Origin: Eledone cirrhosa
Taxonomy: Eukaryota
DNA: 64,000 bases
Reading direction: 5' to 3'
Assembly (NCBI GenBank): GCA_964016885.1
Contig: OZ024745.1
Span: 127,472,001-127,536,000, forward strand
The translations under genes and the position numbers were made by a program. This document shows positions 42,461 through 55,702 of the stretch, piece by piece. A model generated the notes under the pieces. That model did not search any database. It saw nothing but the letters and a program-made list of their open reading frames with translations, and had not been told where the DNA came from. Each line of letters opens with the position of its first letter. Within the stretch, counting starts at the first letter, position 1.

Positions 42461-45286
42461 CCTGTGTCAGTGTTGAACAAAAAGGTGACGTGGTTGCCTT
42501 AACACCGTATGGCATAAATTCAGGCTGTTCAGTTTGTTTACAAACGAACAAAGCGACGTTGGCGCCGCTAAACTGATACGTGCATATATGTATGTGTACC
42601 TGTATGCACATGTATGTATATATGTGTATATATATATATATGTGCATGCTACTGTACGTCTGTATACATATATGTATGTACGTATACATGCATACTTACA
42701 TTTAAGTAAGTGCCATACTAAGAGTGAGAAATGAAATTTCATTTTCATTTTGTTTCAATTTATCGTTTTCGGTATGCCTGACCGATTTAACTCACTCAAT
42801 ATGCAAATTAGGCTGCTCAGCCGTTAATTTTCATAAGGAAAGTATATACATTCGAACGTTCAACTATCTGGCAGATGGGTAAACGGTGCTGATGATAGCT
42901 AACAAGCTTGAAACTAGTACATCGTTCCTGTGTCAGTGTTGAACAAAAAGGTGACGTGGTTGCCTTAACACCGTATGGCATAAATTCAGGCTGTTCAGTT
43001 TGTTTACAAACGAACAAAGCGACGTTGGCGCCGCTAAACTGATACGTGCATATATGTATGTGTACCTGTATGCACATGTATGTATATATGTGTATATATA
43101 TATATATGTGCATGCTACTGTACGTCTGTATACATATATGTATGTACGTATACATGCATACTTACATTTAAGTAAGTGCCATACTAAGAGTGAGAAATGA
43201 AATTTCATTTTCATTTTGTTTCAATTTATCGTTTTCGGTATGCCTGACCGATTTAACTCACTCAATATGCAAATTAGGCTGCTCAGCCGTTAATTTTCAT
43301 AAGGAAAGTATATACATTCGAACGTTCAACTATCTGGCAGATGGGTAAACGGTGCTGATGATAGCTAACAAGCTTGAAACTAGTACATCGTTCCTGTGTC
43401 AGTGTTGAACAAAAAGGTGACGTGGTTGCCTTAACACCGTATGGCATAAATTCAGGCTGTTCAGTTTGTTTACAAACGAACAAAGCGACGTTGGCGCCGC
43501 TAAACTGATACGTGCATATATGTATGTGTACCTGTATGCACATGTATGTATATATGTGTATATATATATATATGTGCATGCTACTGTACGTCTGTATACA
43601 TATATGTATGTACGTATACATGCATACTTACATTTAAGTAAGTGCCATACTAAGAGTGAGAAATGAAATTTCATTTTCATTTTGTTTCAATTTATCGTTT
43701 TCGGTATGCCTGACCGATTTAACTCACTCAATATGCAAATTAGGCTGCTCAGCCGTTAATTTTCATAAGGAAAGTATATACATTCGAACGTTCAACTATC
43801 TGGCAGATGGGTAAACGGTGCTGATGATAGCTAACAAGCTTGAAACTAGTACATCGTTCCTGTGTCAGTGTTGAACAAAAAGGTGACGTGGTTGCCTTAA
43901 CACCGTATGGCATAAATTCAGGCTGTTCAGTTTGTTTACAAACGAACAAAGCGACGTTGGCGCCGCTAAACTGATACGTGCATATATGTATGTGTACCTG
44001 TATGCACATGTATGTATATATGTGTATATATATATATATGTGCATGCTACTGTACGTCTGTATACATATATGTATGTACGTATACATGCATACTTACATT
44101 TAAGTAAGTGCCATACTAAGAGTGAGAAATGAAATTTCATTTTCATTTTGTTTCAATTTATCGTTTTCGGTATGCCTGACCGATTTAACTCACTCAATAT
44201 GCAAATTAGGCTGCTCAGCCGTTAATTTTCATAAGGAAAGTATATACATTCGAACGTTCAACTATCTGGCAGATGGGTAAACGGTGCTGATGATAGCTAA
44301 CAAGCTTGAAACTAGTACATCGTTCCTGTGTCAGTGTTGAACAAAAAGGTGACGTGGTTGCCTTAACACCGTATGGCATAAATTCAGGCTGTTCAGTTTG
44401 TTTACAAACGAACAAAGCGACGTTGGCGCCGCTAAACTGATACGTGCATATATGTATGTGTACCTGTATGCACATGTATGTATATATGTGTATATATATA
44501 TATATGTGCATGCTACTGTACGTCTGTATACATATATGTATGTACGTATACATGCATACTTACATTTAAGTAAGTGCCATACTAAGAGTGAGAAATGAAA
44601 TTTCATTTTCATTTTGTTTCAATTTATCGTTTTCGGTATGCCTGACCGATTTAACTCACTCAATATGCAAATTAGGCTGCTCAGCCGTTAATTTTCATAA
44701 GGAAAGTATATACATTCGAACGTTCAACTATCTGGCAGATGGGTAAACGGTGCTGATGATAGCTAACAAGCTTGAAACTAGTACATCGTTCCTGTGTCAG
44801 TGTTGAACAAAAAGGTGACGTGGTTGCCTTAACACCGTATGGCATAAATTCAGGCTGTTCAGTTTGTTTACAAACGAACAAAGCGACGTTGGCGCCGCTA
44901 AACTGATACGTGCATATATGTATGTGTACCTGTATGCACATGTATGTATATATGTGTATATATATATATATGTGCATGCTACTGTACGTCTGTATACATA
45001 TATGTATGTACGTATACATGCATACTTACATTTAAGTAAGTGCCATACTAAGAGTGAGAAATGAAATTTCATTTTCATTTTGTTTCAATTTATATATATA
45101 TATATATATATATATAAATGAATTCAACAGGACTAGAACTGTTTCATTCGTATGAAACTGTTCTAGTCGTGTAGAAGCCATTTCTATATTGAATAATGAT
45201 GTATTGAGTACCTTATTAACCGTGGTTACCGCCGATTTAACTCGGGATCTACACACACACACATACACACACACACACAAACATAC

Positions 45287-45379
<93 letters not shown>

Positions 45380-45842
45380 GTATCAAAAAAAGATGCACAC
45401 AGAAAAACAGATATATAGAAACGAACAAACACCCGCATCTCTACCTCGTCAGCAACCTGCTGGCGTGCAATTTTGCGCATTAAATATATCTATCTATATA
45501 TTATTATATATTATATCTAAATAAAGTAGCAGTAATACACTGGGTAATTACTGGCCTTGTGCCAAAAGTAGAAACAATTATATCTTATATCTGTATACAT
45601 AGAATGTATATGTCAGAAGACCTTCGAAAACTGCATAACTACACGCTTACTAAAATAACTGAGGAAGGGATTGGTTACCTGACTAATAAAATCGGAAAGA
45701 AACCCAACCGTGGCGTGTGTTTTTATTGGCAGTGTCACCTTCTCAAAATATAACAATATCTGTTTTAACACACGATTTCACATCAAGAATCTTGCAAAAC
45801 AAATACAGTAACGAAGTAATATGTATATGTGTCGTCTGTGTA

Positions 45843-45917
<75 letters not shown>

Positions 45918-46077
45918 ATTTGTGTCTGTGCGTGTGTATGGAAAGTAGAGGAAAGTATTGTAAATGCCATAAATGCGAAGAAAAGGAGGGAAAAGGCAAA
46001 TAATATTAGGCAACGGTAGAAACTGGGGTAAAGTTACAGGTGACAAACTCTAGAGATTGATGGAATGAGCGATAGAT

Positions 46078-46149
<72 letters not shown>

Positions 46150-46178
46150 GGATAATTAGCTAGATATTTAGTTATTTA

Positions 46179-46238
<60 letters not shown>

Positions 46239-46260
46239 TGTAATGAATACAAAGGAGTAT

Positions 46261-46644
46261 GTGACTATGTCACATACTTCTATTTTTAGCAAACAAGGGG
46301 AGATAAACTGACAGAGCTCTGTTTCGTACTTATCAAAGCCTAGCACTTCCCTTGTTCGCTGAAAATTATGAATGTTGGATTCTTATAGAATTCCATTAAT
46401 AATCAGGAACTGATTATACAGAGCGGTTGCCGGTCCAGCAAAATTGAAAATTAGAATTGATGCTCTGAAATAGCGATGTATACATGAATGTATATACAGT
46501 GTATTTTGCAATACACTGTATACATATATAACATTCATAATTTTCAGCAAACAAGGGAAGTGCTAGGTACCAACAGTACGAAATAGAGCTCTGTCAGCTT
46601 ATCTCCCCTTGCTTGCTGAAAAAAGAAGTAAGTGACATTGTCAC
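46261..46644. repeat. Inverted repeat with ~115-bp arms
   Basis: 46261-46377 is the reverse complement of 46530-46644 (caaggggagataa.ctgacagagctct; ctagcacttcccttgt). Confidence 0.8.
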
Positions 46645-46746
46645 TACTTTAAAACAATAGCGCAAGGTCTTCAAAATGATTTTAATTAAGCATACAGTGT
46701 ATTGCAAAATACACTATATATATACATTCTTATATATGTATGTATA

Positions 46747-46798
<52 letters not shown>

Positions 46799-46845
46799 TA
46801 TATATATACATACACATGTATGTATATGTATATATATACATACAC

Positions 46846-46895
<50 letters not shown>

Positions 46896-46912
46896 ACGCA
46901 CACACATATATA

Positions 46913-46944
<32 letters not shown>

Positions 46945-47265
46945 CTGCATATTAAGATCAGATGTCGAACCCCTTGGCCGTGCAGTGAACCTCTTAACCA
47001 CACAGCTATGTTTGTGCCTATATTAATAAATAGATGAATCGATATGGAGATAGATAACTAGAAAGAAAGAAAGAAAGAGAGAAAGGGAGGGAAAGATGGT
47101 GTGAAATATCGTAATTCAGATAGATAATAAATTATTTATGATATATGTTACAGATAATGTACTGATAGGCTTGATAACAAATGTAACATTTATTATATAT
47201 AAATATATATAGCCGGGTAAATGAAGATAGGAATGAGAACGGAAAGAAAGGAAGGAAACTTCGCG

Positions 47266-47334
<69 letters not shown>

Positions 47335-47881
47335 AAAAATGAGCGGAGCAAGCAATTATCAAACAAAACAAGTTTATAATAACCCGTTTTTACTTGTGGC
47401 CTATTTTTGCGTGTGTCACTTCAACGGCTTGACCGCATGCGTTGGGCAGTAAGCGAAATATTGACTTACTATGAGGTTTTGTACCCTTATAGTATGGAAA
47501 TAAGCTGTCTGAAGATTTAATTCTTTCCATTGGAAATTCTCTGGATTTCCAATCTTTTGATTAGTGAAACTGTCGGTAATGGCAATAGAAGAGATGAATA
47601 TTTAAATCGTTTTTTAATTTATTTAAAAGATTGTTTGATAATTGCTTGCTCCGCTCATTTTTATAGTTCTGGTATCTCAAATTAGTACCATCGAACCACA
47701 ACTATTATAAACACCATGCATATTTCTGTAGGTACCTAGTGCCTGTTGGAATATCCATACCCTTATATATATATATATATATACTTCTACCTGGAGTTGC
47801 CACCGATAGATAGTATTAGCAATAGGAAAGACCAACGGAAACATTGTTTCCTCGGTCCGATTTGACGAAAGTCGATCAACT

Positions 47882-47920
<39 letters not shown>

Positions 47921-48842
47921 TTGTGTATGTTTAACTGTTTATGTGTGTGTGTGTGAGAGAGAGAGAGGGGGGGGGGGGTAGGAGAGGGAGGGAGGGGTGT
48001 ATTTATAACAAGATAGAGATTGGCATGGGAAATAAAAATAAAAATGCTACAATACATAAATAAATAAGTGAGAAGAGAGAGAGAGAGAGAGAGAGAGGAA
48101 GAGAGAGAGAGAGAGAGAGAGACGGAGAGGGAGACGGAGAGGGATAGATAGATAGATAGATAGATAGAAAGAGAGAGAGAGTGACTAGACAACGTCACGC
48201 TTATATCACAAAGGAGGGAAACATTAGAGAAAGACATTCCTACATAAATTAATACCAAAGAAGAAATACTCTCGCTCTCCCTCTCTCTCTCACTCTCTCT
48301 CACTCTCTCTCTCACACACACACACATTTCACTTACTCTCTCTCACTCTCTCCCTCACACACATTTCACTCTCGCTCTCTCTCCCTTCCTCTCTCTCACT
48401 CTCTCTCACACACACACATAGTCCGACACACGCTTTACTCTCTCTCTCACATACACATAATCAGACACACACACACTAACAAGATTCACACACATATTTG
48501 CACACACACACACAGTCACACAGATACTCTCACACATACACGCACATACACGCATAGTCACACGCACACACACACATACACACACATACACGCATAGTCA
48601 CACGCACACACACGCACACATACACACACACACACATACACACACATACACACACACACATACACGCAGAGTCACACACACACACACACACACAATAACA
48701 AGATACATACAGAATGATAGACTCACGCACAAACACAGACCTACAGATATTCTCACACACACACACACAATAACAATACACACATACACACACATAGATT
48801 CACATAGTCACACACACACACAGACAGACCTACAGAGATATT

Positions 48843-48874
<32 letters not shown>

Positions 48875-50116
48875 ATAACAACAAGAAACACACACACATT
48901 CTCTCTCTCCCTCACACACACACAGACCCCCACACACACTCTCTCTCTCACACATACAGACCCACACCCACACACAGACCCACACACACACTCTTTGACT
49001 CTCTCTCTCACAGAGACCCCCCCACACACTCTCTCTCACACACACACACACAGACCTCCCCCCACACACTCTCTCTCTCTCACACACACACACGCACACA
49101 GACCCCCCACACACTCTCTCTCTCTCACACACACAGACCCCCCCCATACTCTCTCTCTCTCTCTCACACACACACACAAACCCCCCACACATTCTCTCTC
49201 ACACACATACTCTCTCTCTCACACACACACAGACCCCCCACACACTCTCTCTCTCACACACACAGACTCACACACATGCTCTCTCTCTCACACACAGATA
49301 TTCTCACTCACACACACACACAGACACACACAGACATTCTCTCTCTCGCACACACGCAGACATTCTCTCTCACACACACACACAGACACACACACAGATA
49401 TTCTCTCTCTCTCACACACACACACACACAGACACACACACACACAGATATTATCTCTCACACACACAGACATTCTCTCTCACACACACACACACACAGA
49501 TATTCTCTCTCTTTCTCACACACACACAGATATTCTCTCTCACACACACAGATATTCTCTCTCTTTCTCACACACAGACGCACACACAGATATTCTCACA
49601 CACACACACCCAAACCTATAAAATCGTTGACATATACACCGACAAGGGCGGTGCCCCAGCATGGCCTCAGCCGTATGGCTGAAACAGGTAAAAGAGTAAA
49701 AGAGTATACATTCACAATAATACACACCTCCACCAATACAATAGGTAAAATAAAAGACCACATTTGTGACAAACAAACAAACATCAACGATTAATAAAAT
49801 AAATAAATAATAAGACTAAAACGAAAACAAAAAAAGAAATAACGAACAAAATATAAGAAAGTATAAGAAAAACATAAATAACAGAAATAGAAAATGCACT
49901 CAGTGACCTCCTCGCTGAGATCTACAAATCACATGAAACATGCGAAATATATATACATACACATACATACACATATACACACATACATACACATACATAC
50001 ACATACACATACATACACATACATACACATATACACACATACATACACATATACACACATACATACTCATACTAATTAACTACAACGTAAACAGTTAAGA
50101 TTTTTTAGATATTATA

Positions 50117-51344
50117 TAGAGTGCTTAAACTATCTGTGACTAATCCCGGTTTTTTTCATAAAAACTGTGATAATTATTGCTATTTTGCTGAACTCCTTGT
50201 AGAGTTTTTTTTCAGAATGTATTTGACTGCTATTTCTTGTAAATAAACATTCACTTCCATCCTGACGTCACTAGCCCCGTTTTTTCCTCATGTGCTTTTT
50301 CATAAATACACATGAAGGCGAACTAGCCAGTTTTAGAACTCCCTTTTTCGGATTATATTACTGTGAGAGCCCTGGTTTCTGTTGAGCTCTGCTGATGAAT
50401 GAAATCCAACCGTGACCATCTCCACTGAAAGTTTTCATGAAATAGTCTTTTAAGACTATACAGAGCATTTGATGTTATTCCAAATTGAAGGATAAGTGTT
50501 TCAAACTTTGTTTTATCATGAGTTAAAGGTCTATAGATTTTTCCCTGGATTTTACTAAATTCTGTGGATGAATTTGTATCCTGATTCTCTTTTGAGATGA
50601 GTTTGAGTTATTTTTCCTAAATCTTTCGTTAACTACTTTTCCCATCTTGACGTTATAGTCGCATATATGTTATAGAATGCCGTTAGCTTCTTGCTAAAAC
50701 AATCTCTATACCTCTCATTTATATTTATACTCGGATTCTTTTCCTAGAGTGCTTAAACTATCTGTGACTAATCCCGGTTTTTTTCATAAAAACTGTGATA
50801 ATTATTGCTATTTTGCTGAACTCCTTGTAGAGTTTTTTTTCAGAATGTATTTGACTGCTATTTCTTGTAAATAAACATTCACTTCCATCCTGACGTCACT
50901 AGCCCCGTTTTTTCCTCATGTGCTTTTTCATAAATACACATGAAGGCGAACTAGCCAGTTTTAGAACTCCCTTTTTCGGATTATATTACTGTGAGAGCCC
51001 TGGTTTCTGTTGAGCTCTGCTGATGAATGAAATCCAACCGTGACCATCTCCACTGAAAGTTTTCATGAAATAGTCTTTTAAGACTATACAGAGCATTTGA
51101 TGTTATTCCAAATTGAAGGATAAGTGTTTCAAACTTTGTTTTATCATGAGTTAAAGGTCTATAGATTTTTCCCTGGATTTTACTAAATTCTGTGGATGAA
51201 TTTGTATCCTGATTCTCTTTTGAGATGAGTTTGAGTTATTTTTCCTAAATCTTTCGTTAACTACTTTTCCCATCTTGACGTTATAGTCGCATATATGTTA
51301 TAGAATGCCGTTAGCTTCTTGCTAAAACAATCTCTATACCTCTC

Positions 51345-51352
<8 letters not shown>
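50117..51352. repeat. Recent 628-bp tandem duplication, 2 copies
   Basis: TAGAGTGCTTAAACTATC at 50117 and 50745. The copies look identical, and the second ends in (TA)n. Confidence 0.92.
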
Positions 51353-51396
<44 letters not shown>

Positions 51397-51429
51397 CTCA
51401 CTCACACACTACATACAGTAACCTACCTA

Positions 51430-51463
<34 letters not shown>

Positions 51464-51466
<3 letters not shown>

Positions 51467-51830
51467 TTGTTTCCTGGTATTCGCGGGGTTACGTTCCTAG
51501 AGCACACACGAAGAGTGAAAACCGCGAAAAATAGACCTTGTCCATAAAAGTGCCTATAAACGTCAAAATATAACGTAAAATATAATAAAGAAAGAGGAAG
51601 CGTCTTATGTGAAGGGGCGTCCAATACACCGGCAAATACTTTATATTGTTATTAATAATTTAGAGTTAAAAAATATATATTGCCACGAAAAAAGCCATTA
51701 AAATCGCGGAAGATATTTAGGAATCCAGGAATATGCAGGGGTTTCCAGGAACAATTATTAGGTTCTAAGGAAATGTCCATAAATAACCGGGACCGCGAAT
51801 GTCGGGACCGCGAATGCTGGGCGTACACTG
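51464..51830. mobile_element. pogo/Tigger-like MITE
   Basis: TA|CAGT...ACTG|TA ends with internal ATTCGCGG/CCGCGAAT inverted motifs. A homologous inverted copy lies at 20263-20590. Confidence 0.65.
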
Positions 51831-52245
51831 TATATAGTTATATACACACACACACACATATATATATATGCGTGTATATATACGGGTATATGTATATATA
51901 TATATATATATATATAAATAGGAACAAGTGGGGTCTTACTTGTTCCTATTACCCACTCTACTACCTTAAGTATTGAGTACTTTGGTGCGTTATGGTCCAC
52001 CTGGTTCCTTACCACTTTTCCTTCGTTATATATATTAGAAAGTGAGGTTTTTTTACAAAATGAAAAATAACCGAGGTGTCCTACACGAGTGAAAGTATAA
52101 AGAAAAAAAGATGAAATCGAAAATGCAACTGGAGTCTTATTTAAAAAAAAAAAAAAAAATTTATTTGGTTCCTTTACCGGTTTCGCAGTTCTTCTGTTTT
52201 CAAAAGTAGAGTTGAGATGGAGGGTCTGTGGTTTTTCTCACATCT

Positions 52246-52277
<32 letters not shown>

Positions 52278-52545
52278 CACGTATATATTTTCTACTAGCA
52301 TTTCACAGGGTCCGTCGAGCTGCAGTTTACAGATTCGGGTAAGATCAATACAGATCGAACCTTGAGCTGATCAGTGGCGAAACGCGCGTCAACAACCAAT
52401 AAATGTAATGAAGGAGTAACCAATCGTCCTTGTTATCTTTTCACTATACTACACTCTGTATAGCTCTACACCTCGGCACTGAAGTGAACCTAAACATTGA
52501 GTGTTCACCCGGGTGAACCTACAGTAACTCCAAGTTACACTCCCT

Positions 52546-52591
<46 letters not shown>

Positions 52592-53060
52592 GTATTTCAC
52601 TCTAGTACTTGTATTTGTATCTGTTTATCTAATAATAAAGTTAACTTTTTTACATAAAGGAACGCAACTTGTCACACCAATATACCCAAAACACACATAC
52701 GCACACATATAACGGACTACAAAATTTCATTGTCGAAAACATTAGAGGACACACGGAAAATATGTTTCTTAGTGGGGTCGAATCAATCATCTTGATCACC
52801 TGGTGACACTTATGATATAGAAGGTACACCCCTCCATTATATGTCAGAATAGTAGTAGAGTGTTCTTGTCAAAACCTCTGTAAAATGGTCGTGCAACAGA
52901 CCAGGCATAATGATCTTGGACAGAGAAACGAAATTGTGCACTTCTTCTTGAAAAGCATGAAAAGTATAGTAAACCTCGGCAAGATTTGAACGCAGAATTT
53001 AGGGACTCGATAAAACACTCTAACTACTATGCCAAATAAGACCAGTCAAACCTGTCGGCA

Positions 53061-53365
53061 CTCTTCTTCTTCTTCTTCTTCTTCTTCTTCTTCTTCTTCT
53101 TCTTCTTCTTCTTCTTCTTCTTCTTCTTCTTCTTCTTCTTCTTCTTCTTCTTCTTCTTCTTCTTCTTCTTCTTCTTCTTCTTCTTCTTCTATTAGAAGCA
53201 ACCGTCTCCAACTAGTCCTGCTGGATCCCCAAGCGAGACCAGCCAAGCTCATGAATGTTATCCAACCATCTTGCTTGGGCCTACCCTTGGGTCTCAGGAC
53301 ACTTGGGTTTACTCGTAAAATCTGTCCAGCGATTCTCTCCGGAGACATTCTAACCACATGCCCAC
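53061..53365 (-). mobile_element. Third copy of the (GAA)n-tailed LINE 3' end
   Basis: GHVVRMSPERIAGQIL...RPKGRP on the minus strand, with a (TTC)n tail at 53061-53189. Confidence 0.8.
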
Positions 53366-53862
53366 AATAGTGGAAATCAGTTGTCCAGTATAATGTTAAA
53401 GAAAATATCAATACTGATCTAATGAGAAATTGATGATAACAAATTATGAATATAGAAGTATATCTAAAATTAATGAGACAGTTTGTTTAGTAAATAATAG
53501 TCTTAGGACCAAACACGAAACGCTGACACACCTGTTGAGAAAGGTAGAATTACATGCCACTCAAAGAACTGTAGGAATGTGTTAACTGTTCCAGAAGTTT
53601 TGTCTGTAGTAGGTACATATACAAATGTCAACACATACAGACCTATACACATACATACATACATACATGTATGCATACATGTATGTATGCATACATACAT
53701 ACATACATATCATATATACATACATCTAATACATATATACATACAATCCTAATGAAAGAATCTTATCCCCACGTTGGAGATCGGCTCCTTGACTATTGAT
53801 GAGTAATCTAAAGAATAAAACAAGAAGAATAGCCACATTTATCTATATAGTATATATACATT

Positions 53863-54048
53863 AATTGTTTCCACTTTTGGCACAAGGCCAGCAATTATTC
53901 CAGTGTATTACTGGTACTTTATTTTATCGACCCCGTAAGGATGAAAGGAAAAGTTAACCTCGGCGGGATTTGAAATCAGAATGGCAAGGGCCGTAACTCA
54001 ATGCGTCAAAGCATGGCGTCCGACCCTCTCACAATACTGCCAATCCAT
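53863..54048 (-). mobile_element. tRNA-derived SINE
   Basis: Reverse complement of the family, near full length. Confidence 0.85.
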
Positions 54049-54071
54049 CTATATACATCAATATGGACATA

Positions 54072-54182
54072 TAACTACCATCGGAGCGGAGTTGGCCGCC
54101 CGCATGTGCGAGTCCCACGAGGTGGAGTGGTTGTTGCAGTGCATCTACCTCGCAGTACTACAGGACAATGTATTCTCCTACT
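54072..54182 (+). mobile_element. CRE-clade C-terminal remnant (second copy)
   Basis: TTIGAELAARMCESHEVEWLLQCIYLAVLQDNVFS is homologous to the peptide at 2900-3110. Confidence 0.5.
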
Positions 54183-54979
54183 GTCGAAAAGGGAACAGTA
54201 TATGCAGATTAATCCACTAGTTGACTGTGGGATTTGAACTCACTATGTCAATGGACGTAATGCTTTGTCTTTCGCTCTAAAAGTTTTGCCATTAAGTCCA
54301 CACGCTCCGCATATTATAAAACGAAAAAGAAAATTCCATATTTTCCGAAATGCCTTAGGCATCCACTGACAACATTTCAAGATATTTGCTTGTATCTATA
54401 CTACAAAGACGATAGGAAACACGCTGATGGCAGATATATAAAGTAACGGTAGTTATAAGGCCACACACTCCATATATTATCAACCAAGGAGTGGAGGGTA
54501 AGTCAGTTGGAGGTGGAGGATACTCGTTCGAACGTCACTTTCTTTTACTCCAAGATCCTTACTTACAAAAGTTATTTTTAACCCCTTCGTTACTTTATTT
54601 CTAATATCATCACATACCACATGGGTGAGGATTAACTACCAGCTCGCTACGATGGCTTTCTTTAACACAGCAAATTATGTCGTCAACGAAAGAATGTATT
54701 TGATAAAGTAGGAAAAATGTTAACAACTAGCTGTATGAGATGACCAATTCCTTCAAAAACGGAACAATGGCTAACTGTTAATCTGTTTCTGTTAATGATA
54801 GATGGGCTCTAAATAGAACACAAGGGACAATGATGATGTCATCTCCGGCTCTAATGACATGTATTTTTCTCACAAGTTTATGAGTATGCCTTATTGTGAG
54901 CGGCAGTGTTGTTGACGAGAATATAGGCTGATAATATGTTTACACAAACTTACTTATTTATGTATTTACGATGCAGAGG

Positions 54980-55069
<90 letters not shown>

Positions 55070-55330
55070 TGCAAAACTGTTACAAGTAGATTACTCAGCG
55101 GCGGTAATTGAAATATAGTTCATATCGCTGTCTAAAAAAGGGAGTGAAATACATAGAGTTAGACATTTAGAGTTAAGTGTCACCATCACCATCACCACCA
55201 TCACCATCACCACCATCACCACCATCACCGCCATAACCACCATCACCATCACCACCACCATCATCACCATCACCATCACCATCACCATCACCACCATCAC
55301 CATCACCATCACCACCATCACGATCACCAT

Positions 55331-55702
55331 TTAGGAGAAGGAAAACTCTGATATAACACCTGCAGCCCTGATGGTATCCAAAGATGTTGACTTGTTCTTC
55401 TTTTCGGTAAATATCATCTTGGTTAAGAGAGTGGGACTGGCTTTGTGCAGTGCCTTTGCTCACTATAAAAGCTTCACGGCACAGGCATTGCTTTATATCT
55501 GGAGATCTCTCTGCACTTGTCGTCACATGGTACCATGGGCCCAGCACTGTGTGTCAATAATTGTCACAGGTGTAGTGTTTGTACCAGAGTTTTCAAGTCG
55601 CTGGCTGGACTCAAAAGTCACACTCGTTCAGCGCATCGGTAGGGGTTCTCCTACATGGACATAAAGTAGTGGCCCTACTCAAAAACGAGTTGGCAGCCAC
55701 TA
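55331..55702. mobile_element. Second copy of the ~375-bp repeat, opposite orientation
   Basis: Reverse complement of 20896-21272, followed by (TATG)n. Confidence 0.8.

Larger units (their letters stand above)
38705..45093. repeat. 466-bp tandem array with hammerhead ribozymes (retrozyme-like satellite), inverted at its centre
   Basis: Unit starts (AAATGTAAGTATGC) at 38705, 39171, 39637, 40103, 40569, 41035, 41501, 41967. The ORF track repeats identically every 466 bp. Orientation switches at 42060-42062, then about 6.5 reverse copies run to 45093. Both ends abut (TA)n. Confidence 0.97.

Noticed and set aside
38719-45078. Repeated 112-, 93- and 66-aa ORFs in the 466-bp array as a protein-coding gene cluster
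   Set aside because: They start within TA/CA microsatellite sequence, overlap on both strands and show no domain. The unit is better explained as non-coding RNA.
38705-45093. Array as CRISPR, 5S rRNA, tRNA or snRNA cluster
   Set aside because: There are no variable spacers and no recognisable 5S, tRNA cloverleaf or spliceosomal snRNA sequence.
50393-50410. CTGATGAATGAAAT as a hammerhead
   Set aside because: Only 2 nt lie between the core boxes, so there is no helix II, and helices I and III do not form.
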